Assembly: GCA_030141605.1 (NCBI GenBank)
Contig: JAQGDQ010000188.1
Coordinates: 248,001-312,000 of the forward strand
Source of the DNA: Tubiluchus corallicola
Lineage: Eukaryota; Animalia; Priapulida
Direction: 5' to 3'
DNA length: 64,000 nt
Within the stretch, counting starts at the first letter, position 1; each line of letters begins with the position of its first letter. Shown in pieces: positions 44,201 to 55,754 of this stretch. The translations under genes were made by a program, and so were the position numbers. The notes under the pieces were generated by a model. That model made no database searches, was not told the DNA's origin, and was given only the letters and a program-made list of their open reading frames with translations.

Positions 44201-47200
44201 TTGCAATTTCGGTAAAAGAGTCAGTACTAAGTGAGCAAGAATCGTGTGATATTTGCATACACAACAGCTGAAAAATAATTACATTAACACCCCTGATAAT
44301 ATTATTGAATCGATTCGTCAACTTAAGAGCCAAAATATTATTCCACAAGATCTTAATCAATAACTGCGGATGGCGACAACTGGACTTCACAATGAAGGCA
44401 ATGTAAAGAATGTAGATCAATATAATTTCATCTGGCTTCCCAAAATATGGTACATACAACAGCAAGGTTCTGCTGTTCGGCAGTTATAGTATGCACTTCG
44501 CGAATTCCAGCTGAGGCACGTTCGTGTCAAAACTGCCAGCCAATCTGACGTTAATTGCACACTGTTCATTAATCTTGCACATGCATTAGTTTTTTAGACA
44601 TCATTAAATGCGTTATGAAATGTGAAACAAAGTCGACCATTCATGCGTGATGGAAAAATGAAGCTACAAAATTTCTTCACTGTCAAAATGAAAGACTGAT
44701 AAGATAAGCAAGATAAAGTGAATTACTAATTACTACTACTAATTATTAGTTACCGGTACCACTATTTGTTGTATAAACTGTAGTTACTGTAGGGTGCTGA
44801 AATGATTTTAAATATTTATTGACCTAATGCATAATAATTATCACCTTTAATCTATAGGAAATTCGAAAATAGACGAATTCTTATAATGTAAAAATGCACA
44901 CGCAATTTATAATTTCAATGAGCTCTTTTAGACTGTGTATGTTAGGCTAAACAACATTAGTAATTGCCAGCATACCTAGTAAAAGTAAAGTCAATATTCT
45001 CCATTTTGCAGTTATTTTAGCCACTTTTAACTATTCATAAGACAATTTAGCTTCTATCTCCACACACCATAAATATTGAAAGCCATGAAAACCATAAAAA
45101 TCAATGGAAACCGTTACAGGTGCGCATCATGTATTTTTTTGTTGCCGCTGTTTCAATCTCTAGCTGCATAGAAAATGTTTAAAAAGGTAAAAAAATCATG
45201 TTTCATTGAACATGGCGTCATGTCTCGATGGCAATGTTTAATAATTCCTCGGCGTTTGTACGAGCTTTCAATCGACCAGGGATTATGCATAACGAGATAA
45301 GCTGCACGTTTAATTTTGATTAATTCGCTCGTTTTCTGAGGCGCAACTGAGGCCAGTCTCCTGAGGGCAGGGACGATAGCATTAAAGCAAATGAGATTTA
45401 CTGGCACGAAAATTGCTAGATAATTTCAAAAGTATGTGGTATTACATAGATGTTTATGTTGGCAACGTGGTGAACACTTTCAGAACCTACAGGTTTGATT
45501 AAAGAAGTCTTCCCAAGGACCACCTTAACACAGTAAATGACGTATCCCACAGAGTTCGCATGAAAACTTTTTTGTATTAATAATATACCAAACCGCAAAC
45601 CATAGAATACCACAATCATTTAGCATCGATCTTAAAGCGCTGCCTATACTTTTTAATCACACTTTTGTATGCCGGAAGCAAAGTCCGAACACATCCTTTT
45701 CATTAGCTGCACACTTCGAAATTTATTACCAGTTTAATATCTAGTAAGAAACTTCAAAGCGGTAAAATCCGAAGAATTAAACAAGTTGGAACTTTAAGTG
45801 CTGTGCAGCAACGCAATTTCGTTTTATTCAGAGTTGCGTAACTGGGAAATGAAATTTCTTAATCGTTTATTAGAATATTACTGTTATAGAGAAGCAGTGA
45901 CAGTGCAAGGAATTAACATTGAAACGTAAGAAATCTATAATCATACCATACAATGCTAACTAAGTAATGTTACGTTAAAGGCTTCACAGTTGGCCTGCCA
46001 GTAGTTTTATATCGCGGGGACAAATAGCACCATATATATTTTCATCGGAAAATTTGACAAAATTTGGGATCGAGTCCTACTAATTCAGTGGTCGCAACCT
46101 TTAACAATAAAATGCCAAATGGAAAGCGTTTTACGATGAATACTAAAGCCTATGAAATATTCCAGCCTTCCAAGAACTGCGCTGTTAACATTTGCCTCGG
46201 TCTGTGCTACTTCATAAATTAAACGCGAAGTGCCAGTTGAAACCATCTGCTGATTTAGAGGAATGCGTAAGTTTTGTAATTCTTGGTGAATAACCCCTCA
46301 AATGCACTGAAGTTTGCAGTGCTCTTCAGATGACTGGCTTCATACGACTGCACGAGGGTGCTTTAACTTCTTATGACTGCAGGTAATCCAGTGATACAGA
46401 ACCAGGTTTTCTAATAAATTAAAAAGCGTTTGAATACTGCCATGGCAGGTGAGAACGAAAAGTGGTGACTACATTCACACTTTTTTACAGGCACACAGGC
46501 CACAATGACGACCTAACAATGTAGCTTTTGAGCTACACTGAAAATGTTTCTAAAATTTCGGGAATTGGGTTTTGAAATCTCACATCTATACACTTTCAGT
46601 TTGTGGCAGTTTGCCTTAATATAACAAGACTGAGAACGAGTTCAAATAAAATCAGCGAGCAGAACCGTGTTTAACTTGACTGTGCCTGGTTCAGTGACGC
46701 GTGTCAAAAAATGTAATTGTTCATATGTGACTGACCAGCTCGTGACTACCACTTGACTATGCCTGGTCTAGTGCAGCTGACTCGTGCACAGTGACTGAAC
46801 AGTTCGACTCAATTTGGCTTCTATCTCGGGGCCTTAAACAATTTCAGCTATTTTAACCATGCCATTGTTTGGGCCCCCATCTCAGACACGTATACTGCAA
46901 GTTTTGTGACTCTGCATATTATAGAGATGTACAACGTTATATTAAACTTAAACGAGGCAACAGTGACATTGATTAAATAGTATTGGACAGAGGGATTTGA
47001 CTTTAATTCTTGTCGAAGTTTTATGTTTCTTATAAATCATTCAACAGGGTCGAAAAATAAATCATGGGTAAATCAATCATTTAAATTTACGATTTTTTAA
47101 ATTTTGCAACGTCGCATACTTTTTTCAATGATACCCATTTTCTATTGGGTGATAACAATTTACAATCAAGAGAAATCACAGAAAAAATGAAAAATAACAG

Positions 47201-50200
47201 AATTCAGATTTTTATTTTATCTAAAAAACGAAAGAATCCCAATTATGAATGTTTCCAAGCTCCAATGCTATCTTTCAAATCAGGATAGGGCAGTCTGATG
47301 CCAAGGACTGAAGGGTCAAAGATAAACACTATGCACCAGAATGTATTAGATTCCCTTTTATTAGTCGAAGAAGTTCAATTCTTGACGTGATCTCTTCAAG
47401 GGTCATTCTAAAAGAACTTTACGGCACTTCTTTAGTCGTCACTTACATGCTGAACCCATTAACTTAGCAGCTTGTTATAGGCACCACACGTCCAGGGCGT
47501 ACGAACGAAACGCAACGCGTGAACAGATTCGCTCTTGCATCCAATGCGAAAAGCGCAAAAGTCTTGGACGTACGTCTGAAGCACAGCTCCCACTAAAGGC
47601 CCCACATAGGCGTTAGAGCTCTTGTTATTAGCATAGAAAGCAATGTCCTGTTGTTCGAAAAGCAGACGTTTATTTTTAAAAAGTACATTCCCGTAACGGT
47701 TTCTTCTCCTTAAACATTTGCACGGCTTCAGAAAACGATTTGTGATCGGTATTTATAACAAACAACCTGCAAGCAACCTGCACCGCCTAAAAAAACTGCA
47801 AAATACTAACGAAATGCTACCAAACAAACAAGCCTTACATACTCACGGACTACAGTTACCAGGAAGCATAACGATCTTCATATCATACGTAGACTGCACA
47901 CGTATAAACTCGATTACGTACATGAGGGCTCAAATTCGGAGTAGACCTCAGAAAATTAAAAAATTTAAAAACTGTCTTTTTCCAAATGTCTGATTAAAGC
48001 CTGGATGGGCAAAATAGCAAAATCTCGAAAATGTATGTATCTTACGTTGGCCTAACAACGTCTTTTTATTACTTTAAATAACTACAAAAGAAGCATCTGG
48101 CCAAAAATTTTAGTGTTTTGAACAACGACTTAAAATAGAATGAATGTATATATGTATCAGATAATAAAATACATTCAATTTGTTCGTAAATAGCTTTATC
48201 AACTCAGACAAAAGCGGCATCCGCATCTTGTAGCTTTGCAGGCACAGCCACACAAAGCCGATATATAATACAGTTATAAACACGCAGTTCAATATGGTTA
48301 ACAGTAACAATGATGAAATAGTTCTACTACCGCTTCCTGGGTTTATTTCACACTTGACATGCAGAATGTGTGAAAAGCACGACACCAAACCATACGAAAT
48401 GCAGATTGCATATTTGAAGGCTAAATACTATACTGTACATTTTCTGCACTGCAGTCAGCAAAAGTTGCTCGCATGAAGCTGTTGCTGATCAGTAAACATC
48501 GCCAGTCTCCAAACAAGCAACAGGGCGGCTTCTAAAGAAGCTTGGGAAGCCAATGAAATCTAGGTTAAAGCACACTGTACCTTTCCTAATGCCCTCAACT
48601 TAATTATCACAACCACGCTAATGCAATTTTGTTACAATAAGTTTTACTTCCCCTGACATTAGCCTAACAGTTCCTGCTATTATATCATACAAAATGAATC
48701 TTTAAGAGGCCACCAGTTACATATACTTTAGCGTAACGTCACATAAAATTATGCTGAAGCGACACTTGGAATAACTCAAAGTCATTCTGCGGTCAAGAGA
48801 AATAATGCAAAGAAAACATACACAGAAGCTGCACAAATACAGGTAATAAACGACAAAATAATAATTATCTTTCATATTAAAAGTTAATAAAAGTCATATT
48901 ACTTATATCATTAAGTTAATTATGCTGCTAATGGGCCAGCATGCCGTAGAGTCTGGGCTCTCATTTCTCAGGTTTGGAGTTGGCGCGAGCTCGCTAACGC
49001 GAATGGCCGATTCGGAATTAAATGACGTTTACTTGTACAGCCCATATATGTTGGGAAGCTCGTTTAGAACTCAACCCATATTAAGCCAGGAAGTTATTCT
49101 AAGAGACATTTAATATTAGGTTACAGATAACCCTGTCCGATATTATTTACAAGAGGCTCGTTTGACTGCACGCTTAAAAAGGGTCGTATCTTTTAATACT
49201 TGATGAATTATAAGGAAACAGTGATCACAAAAGAATTCAAATTAAGCAACTAGCCCAACTTATAAGATAACTAAAGTTAAGACTTGCGCACTTGAGTTTT
49301 TAAGGTAGAGTGCTGTAAAGTTGATCACAAAGTGAAGAATATCAATTACATTATCATATTCCTATAGTCGCACCTTTATGATTCTCATGCATTCCTCTCT
49401 TCGTTGACTTTTGTTAATGCCAGTGATACTATCTAATGGTAATTAATGCCAGGGGTTAAATAAGAGAATTTAAACTATACGTGTACATATACTGCAAAGC
49501 AATGGCTACAGAAAAATTTTATTTCTCCGAAGCTTGAAGAAGATTCCACAGAAGAGCCGCATATTTCATAAAAAAACAGCTTAACAGAAATCAATGCTCT
49601 GGCAATAGGCATAGGAAAAACAACTATCAAGTGCACAAAACCATAAGGAATTAGGCAACGTTGAGTATGCCAAACTTTACGAAGCTTATGTTAAAGACCC
49701 AAAAGTTGGCAGGTTTTGGCCAGATGTCTCTTGACTTTGGGTGTGTTTTCAAGGTTCAAAAGTAGATTTGCTTGCAAGTTTTGCAACAGTAAGTAATTGA
49801 AATGGGTCACCAAACCCGGATAAGAACTTGAAGGATGATAAAGCACTGAAACCTAAAGTTGTCAAAGGTCAAATATAGTCACATATAGTTATAGATGACA
49901 GTCGTAGACCTCTCACTTAGATTATCAGCAGTAATGTGAAGCGACGGAGTGTGAACATGCTCCTGACAAGCTAGTAAATACGAAGATCACTGGGCCTGGG
50001 TAGTAAACAGATGAGTTCCCCTGGGAAAACTTCAAAATCAAAATTAGAATTTCAGATTTTTTTTGTCCATGCCGTTTTTACAAGAGTTACGGAAGCAAGG
50101 AATAGGATACCGAGTAGACTGTAACAATTATATAGTTCACTTTTGACAATATAAATTACCGATAATAATTTAAATTTGAAGATTAAACTACCATAACATT

Positions 50201-53200
50201 ATAAAATGAGCAAGGTTATTATTCTTCTAGAGAATACTGAACCGTAAGATATTGGTGAGTGGAGTCTTAAGTACGTCGAACATATAGACTCATGGGTCAC
50301 TGGAAACAGAAACCATAATCTAACACTGTAGTTCTGGGCATTCGGACACTATTTGATAATCTATAATATTATTGTTAACAAATTTAGGCGATTCGGGGAC
50401 AGTTATGCATGCATGATAGTTCCGTTTTCTTGCGATTAATCACGAATTTTTGAAGTTCGGAGAAATTCAACGAGATAGTCTGCGCATTGTCACTTTCATA
50501 CATCATTAACTAACCGATACAGTATTAAATAATCGAAGTACATACTCATTAGTCATTGGCTACAGCACTTATTTTTTAGCAGGTAAAGCTTTAGTATTTT
50601 GCCTTTTCACCGTCACACCTTATATGCTGGTACAGTATAAGGAAACCACCCCCCACTTTTGAAGTTTGATGTTCAAGTTAAAATAATCAAATAGAACCGT
50701 CATCCTAAATGACGCACAAACAGCAATTTTAAAACTTCTACTGTCCTAAACAATACCTTAACTGTCGACACCAGCATTAAAAGCACTTATATAAGCATAA
50801 GGTTTTTACAAACTCTGGCAATGCTAGTGAAGGGTGAATGATATTCTGTGCCGTAATATTACCTAAACATGCTTCGAACTCCTCAAGGAAATGCTACAAA
50901 AACTGACATAAATTTGAAGTAAATATTTATTTAGACATGCAGCCTTTTTGTTCGTTATATTATGTGTCCCTTGGATGCTGTTTGTTTTTTCAAGCATTGC
51001 ATTGCTATTATCGTAAACATAAATTTAAAACGCCACTTTTTTACTATTCCATGGATGTCATTTCACTATGCAAACTATAGGTGATCTTACTCATCTGTAA
51101 AAGTTACTTTTTGTGTGTAGCCAAACTGGTTTTTTTTTGTTGGTACACTCATTTCGCAAAGAAAATTTCTGAACACGTTTTTAACAAGGGCTGTAATGGC
51201 TTGCAGAAATTTTCAGAATAAGACTTAGTGTGATCTCAAACTAGCCTAGGGATAAGTCTTTAATTTGCTTTAATTTGCATTTAATTCACAGCATCCTCGA
51301 AATCAGTCACGCACTGTGTCAGCAAACAATCTCTGAAGCATAAAAGGAAAACAAAATATCTCAACAGTTGTGCATAATACCATAATTTTGTATACGCAAT
51401 GCAGGCAACTAAGTTCTTTGTTTTCAAAAATGTTTATATACTCATTAGTCATTACTCAAATGAATATGCCATAAAAGCAAGTGACAGTTCTTTGCTGTAC
51501 CAAAAAGCTACGTTCAAATGAGATCAAATGATATATGTACAGTGAGCACAAAACTCAAAACACTAGCCTGCCTATGTTATACAGTTTTTATTTGACTCTA
51601 TATTCAGCGCGTTTTAGTATGCCTCACACTTTCCAACTGAGTGATTTTAATGTTTACCATGCTACCCATTAAATAATCATTGTTCACATATTATGTAGTG
51701 TATCTCTCATGTATTATATGCGAATGTAGGTAAAAATAGCACAGGTAAAAACGGCATAAAAATGGCACAGGATAAAAATGACACAAGTGGAAAGTAAGTA
51801 AAAGTGGCACTGATAGAAATCGCACAGGAACAAGGGTACAAATAGAAACGTAGGTAAAAATGGCACTTTCAGTAAAATATGGGTTTTAGGTAAGGGCTAT
51901 TCTGGGGGATTAATTATTTTAGTCATTTTGCCTCTGCCAAGGAAGTTATGCTTCAATACAGTCTGTTTGTCTGGTTGTTTTTCGTCTGTTATAGCAGTAA
52001 GCTAATTACGCAAAAACTACCTGGCAGATTTTTACAAACTTTGTGGAGGTGGTACAAGGTGCCAAAATTGGCATTTTTCACAAAACTTGACCGAACACCA
52101 TATACACAAAACATTCATGAAGCACTTCGTGGTGGTCTCAGAGAATCTGTTGTAGCTCTTTGGAAAGAGGAGCACTTGGCTACAAGACAGGCCAATTCTG
52201 TTTTATTACCTCTAACAGACAACAGCTACGCGTTAGGTCCAAGTTCCATTATTGCTTGGAAAAATATGTAATGCTGCCTACAATCTTTGCTTTTTAATTT
52301 GTAGTGGCTTATAAGCCGAGCTGATATGTAAATAAGTATAATGATATATCAGTCTATTGGTTAAAGTTAGTTATCACCAAAATTAGTTAAAGAAAAATTG
52401 GTTAAAAAAGTAGATAAACACTATGTGGAAATATTCGTGCATTAATAATTACAATTCTTTTTTAATGAACAAAATATTTTGTGTCTTTTGCTAGTCTAGA
52501 TAATACGAATACAACTACATTTTGTATGTTTGATTGTTTATCTTTGTGTTAATTTTTTTTAGTTAAAAGAATCTGACGAATAAGTTTAGGACTGTTTGGC
52601 TTTGGCAGAGATCTGTTTCCTACTGAGCGCATTCATGACTTATTATAGAAATCAACTGCATCAATATAACATATATGCAATTTTTTCCTCTGCCATTTTT
52701 ACCTACTTTTCCATTTGTGCCATTTTATCCTGTGCCATTTTTACCTACTTTATCATTTGTGCCATTTTTTCTTGTACCTTTTACACCGGTCTATTAATTT
52801 TCATCTTTGTCATTTTTACTGCGCACCATTATGTCCATTATCTTCCGTTTCATTGAGTTTATACTGTAATATACTATGAATGGCGCAAAAGTGCATTTTT
52901 GCAGCGACCGTCCAAAACCGCCCCGACAAGTCCTTCGTTTTTGTATACGTCTGGATGACTGATAACAACGTTTTGTTTAACCCTCGCTTCTGGCGATCTG
53001 CGCTAAACAGTAAAAGCTATAAATTACTGTGGGCTGAAACGAAATAGAGACAAAAATCGCAAAACTCACCAGTGGAAATTCTACGTTCAGTGGGCATACT
53101 GCTAAAGCTAACAGTTTTCTTTGCTTTTAGTTTGCCCCGTGAAGTTTCGTCCTTCATTATGGATCCACTAGTTGCACTATCACGACGTTCTGAGGGTTCA

Positions 53201-53376
53201 CTTTTAGGGATACCTAAAAAATCTTCCGTGTGATGTAATCCACTATCCATGCTGCATAAATCTCCAGCTCCATTTATAAACACATCGTCAGGCACATGAT
53301 TACCATCCACATTCACAGTGTGAGTTCCTATTTCAGACGAAAGCCGCTGCGCTGCCATGTTGGAAAATTGGACCAT
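5297..53376 (-). CDS. PLCL2: Phospholipase C-like protein (PLCL1/PLCL2, PRIP orthologue), 26 coding exons, about 1078 aa: PP1-binding KTVSF motif, PH, EF-hands, X/Y boxes, C2, PLCL-specific C-terminus
   Basis: Exons (5'->3', minus): 53376(or 53358)-53070, 35482-35333, 32884-32675, 29191-29155, 26657-26528, 25032-24920, 21481-21418, 21160-21067, 18821-18704, 17856-17771, 15400-15280, 15046-14878, 14583-14470, 12546-12447, 12329-12150, 11425-11247, 10397-10259, 10004-9858, 9626-9529, 8153-8046, 7784-7599, 7330-7262, 6815-6762, 6654-6562, 6020-5925, 5371-5297 (TAA). Total 3237 nt, open throughout. PLCL-diagnostic motifs: [91 protein letters not shown]. Probably co-orthologous to vertebrate PLCL1 and PLCL2. 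Confidence 0.95.
6021..6561 (-). other. GC-AG intron of PLCL
   Basis: Junction AAG|GCACGT...ATATAG|GCA gives [14 protein letters not shown], colinear with vertebrate RKLQKAVESFTWNI. No in-frame GT donor occurs before the stop codon. Confidence 0.85.
6882..6938. repeat. 29-bp tandem duplication with a 16-bp palindrome at the junction
   Basis: gatgataaattcatcaattcatcgttaac / gatgatcaattcatcaattaatcgttac; palindrome tcatcgttaacgatga. Confidence 0.75.
8586..8682. repeat. (CT)n / polypyrimidine microsatellite
   Basis: ctctctctctctctcccctctccccccctctctctctctc... Confidence 0.9.
8813..9221. mobile_element. Non-autonomous hAT-type DNA transposon (MITE), 409 bp
   Basis: Perfect 8-bp target-site duplication GCTAAACG (8805-8812, 9222-9229). 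Imperfect TIRs CAGCGGCGGAT / ATCCGCTGCAG. Subterminal GGGCC motifs and an internal ~20-bp tandem array (ttgtgtaaactt..., about 8930-9040). Confidence 0.85.
9989..10034. repeat. 21-bp direct repeat (25-bp period) duplicating a PLCL splice acceptor and exon start
   Basis: tataacctattataatctgaa at 9989-10009 and 10014-10034. Confidence 0.9.
26658..29154 (-). other. U12-type (minor spliceosome) intron of PLCL with predicted AT-AT termini, 2497 bp
   Basis: 5' end GA|ATATCCTTTT at 29154; branch site TGCCTTAAC at 26676-26668; 10 nt later ...GCGTAT|GTGG restores the frame (SMRDE/WLQDVF). No frame-compatible AC or AG follows the branch site. Confidence 0.85.
30699..30792. repeat. Perfect 47-bp tandem duplication
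   Basis: ccagtacggggtggtctaaaaatattgtagatcatgtctgagccttt x2. Confidence 0.95.
32958..33047. repeat. 44-bp tandem duplication, one mismatch
   Basis: aatttaataacaaatataaataacaagtta(a/t)caacattcaacac x2. Confidence 0.9.
33631..33750. repeat. Diverged 60-bp tandem duplication
   Basis: aaacaaaacc...ttaatcatga...agttcattaa(g/c)tagc x2. Confidence 0.8.
37526..38882 (-). pseudogene. Intronless BTB/POZ-BACK (BTBD1/2/3/6-like) pseudogene nested in PLCL intron 1
   Basis: Consecutive frames give BTB (FYDVTFV...[21 protein letters not shown]...[19 protein letters not shown]...VLYSAKKYN), BACK ([26 protein letters not shown]...[12 protein letters not shown]) and post-BACK ([22 protein letters not shown]). 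Broken by a stop or frameshift near the 5' end and frameshifts near 38545 and 38262, probably also near 37990 and 37786. No introns. 3' boundary approximate. Confidence 0.85.
39780..40831. mobile_element. Putative TTAA-flanked non-autonomous DNA transposon (Kolobok-like)
   Basis: TTAA|GGGAATTAAG...CAC...TTTTC at the left and the inverted GAAAA...GTG...CTAATTCC|TTAA at the right. CpG-rich core with CACGTG boxes. TIRs are degenerate. Confidence 0.4.
40945..41275. mobile_element. Degenerate interspersed repeat fragment, possibly Helentron/HINE-like
   Basis: Motifs I recognise from marine-invertebrate repeats: attccttgacc...tatttaggcgccaaaatcatc, gccatcttg/gccattttgg, taccagtttggtg. Family assignment is by pattern only. 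Confidence 0.4.
41794..42587. mobile_element. Non-autonomous DNA transposon with AAGTAC-rich subterminal arrays
   Basis: Clusters of aagtac/gtactt at 41810-41915 and 42478-42540; ends CAGAGGT... and ...ACATCT. No clear TSD. Confidence 0.55.
51725..52790. mobile_element. Foldback-like element: inverted arms built of ~15-20 bp tandem units
   Basis: Left arm (51725-51870) units ggtaaaaatggcaca; right arm (52675-52790) reverse-complement units tgtgccatttttacc. Confidence 0.75.
51926..52641 (+). mobile_element. Helentron-associated (HINE/DINE-like) non-autonomous element nested in the foldback element
   Basis: 5' tttgCCTCTGCCAAGGAAGTTATG followed by a degenerate (gtct/gttt)n tract and attacgcaaaaactac; 3' subterminal inverted copy TTTGGCAGAG followed by a short stem-like sequence, then TT. 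Confidence 0.65.
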
Positions 53377-54559
53377 TGCATTTACCAAAGGAGGTATGTG
53401 TAGCTTGATAGATGGCGCCACATGCTTCTGGTGTTTTCATCTCCCAACTTTGAACTTGGATGGCTATTAAAGCATGGCTTAAACTTTTGAATTGCTCTAC
53501 CGGAAGGCAAATAAATGAATAAATTAATGTACTTTGCCATGGCAACAAAGAAAACTTGTTTGGTTTCGTATATAACGCTCTAAAAATATGTTCTTTAAGA
53601 TTAAAAATCACCATAGATTTAATTTGTCTTTCAATTCAGCAGTTTACAAAAAAATAATTAATTGTACTGAGATAAATTTCGGATGTCTCTTAAATGGTCA
53701 TTTGTGGTTTGCATACTTCTCGTTACTGAGCTGATGATTCATTAGTTATACTGCTTTACAAAAACATTTGTATTTGTACTGCATTGTTTTATGTTGCTCT
53801 CTTTAATTGTGTATACATTAATTTCATGTTGTTTACCATAATTTATTGTTGTGATACTATATAATCGTATAATTACATTTTCACAAGTTTGGTGGATTTT
53901 ATTTTTGTGCTCTTTATCCATTGTAATGTATTTAGACCATTAGCCGTATAGACAAAGTTATAGACCTATAAAACATTATTCTCTAAAATGTCAAAAAAAA
54001 TGCATAAAGTTTTGCTCAGCTTGGCTGCAGCAAGTTTACTTTTATTTGACAACGTTTTGCAGCATTTACAAACAAACACCCTCGTTTTTATTGTTAAACT
54101 TTTCATTTGAGGTCAGTTGGAGTAGACGAGATTGTGTGACAGACTGCACCATGCTGCCATCTAACAACAAAAATGACATGAAACCAATCCTCGTTCTTTT
54201 AGCGCCAATAGTTATTAAAATGTTAATGGTTGTGGCAGGACCCTGGCGATTTCATTTGCTCATGTTTTAGTTGTTCCCACTTCACTGTGCTAGTGCACAG
54301 AATTGACAAGAGAATCAGTATTACTGTCATTAAGAAAAGTTGTTGAAAAGATACCTGCTAACACACGAATACAATATTAATTTTGCTTGAAAATTTACTG
54401 CTGGCTTTGAGGTTTATATCCTCATCAAATTGCAACTAACATAAACTGGCTTTCCGCACAAATAGGAATCGTCAGTATTGTTACACAAGTAAATTTTAAT
54501 GTAGAAGCAGCAAAAATAATATTAATGGATTATTATGAGTAGTACAATTCTTTTACTCA

Positions 54560-54670
54560 CATTTTCTATGTAGTAATTTTTAGTATTTCTAGTTATTGTA
54601 AATTGTAATTGTATGTTTTTATGGCTTTTATGCCAAAATAAATAGTAATCAATAAATCAATCAATCAATC
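54560..54670 (+). mobile_element. 3' end remnant of a LINE (CR1/L2-like) with (AATC)n tail
   Basis: T-rich 3'UTR-like stretch, AATAAA, then caataaatcaatcaatcaatc. Confidence 0.45.
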
Positions 54671-55188
54671 TAGAGTGTAGACAATCATTATAGGCAACAA
54701 AGAAATCATGTTCTGCAGTAAAGATCTAATTGTGTAAAGAAGCATTAAATATTATTCTATATAAATAATTAAATACATAACCATTTGTTTACTGAAATTG
54801 GTTATAAAACATGCTAAATAGATGAACTTCAGCATCCGGTTTAATAAAATTCAATATTATTTCTAATCTGCAATCTTATTTATGTACATTTTGCCTTCAA
54901 GTAATGTTTTAAACACAAAAGAAATAAATTACTGTACAATGTACATTTCACTTTTGCAAATGTGATGCAAGTCAGTTAATAGGAAGTACTTCATAACTCA
55001 GTACTGAATAGATGTCACTAGTGTTAAGCAAGCTATCCACTAAAAATTGTTTATCTATGACAGTTATCGTACAGACAATGCAAATAAAGGTATCAACAGC
55101 AACTTTTTTACAAATTTCGAACACAGCAGCATAGTCTTTCTGTGTAAATTGATAAAAATGTTCTGTAAGTATAGGATCAACACTTCAT

Positions 55189-55194
55189 TTTATT
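55189..55194 (-). terminator. Candidate polyadenylation signal of TRIP13
   Basis: TTTATT on + (AATAAA on -), about 560 nt downstream of the TRIP13 stop. Confidence 0.4.
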
Positions 55195-55754
55195 ATTTAA
55201 ATGGTTTTTTGTGATTGATTTTTCCAAACTTCCTATAGACGGAGACCGATCTTTTTTTACACTTCCAGGAAGCTTAACATACGGGGGCATCTTTGTGAAT
55301 GCTTTTTGCCTATTACACATTATTGCAGAAATAGCATCAAGTATCATGAAAATTAACTTCGTTTTACAGGCTTCTGCTAGTAATCCCCTGTTTTTTACAC
55401 CGCTCTTAAGCTGCATGCCCAACATCTACTGACTTTGCCACCCACAGACTCGGTTAGATATACAGGCTACTAAATTTCTTCAGAGTCGCACAGAACATGG
55501 ACAGACATGGCCAGTCAGCAGTATATAACAAACCTGCATAATTTTACTTTACGCTTAGTTCTTTCTAGCCTAAGTTCTACCTAGATGATATGGACAAATG
55601 CACACAAACAAGAATGGTCAGATAAAAAAAAATTAATCTCCGTTGAATTTGGTTAATACACTGCATAACTTGGTAGTTAAAAATGTTAAAAAGGTGTGTG
55701 CAGTTACAAATGCTATATTTGAAAATGATTATAAATTAAATCCCAGCGTCTATT

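Noticed and set aside
52596-52856. 86-aa ORF with repeated CAIF motifs
   Set aside because: Translation of the tandem units of the foldback arm.
53377-53421. ORF-track start 'MAPSIK' for PLCL
   Set aside because: The codon at 53421 is GTG; the first in-frame ATG is 53376.
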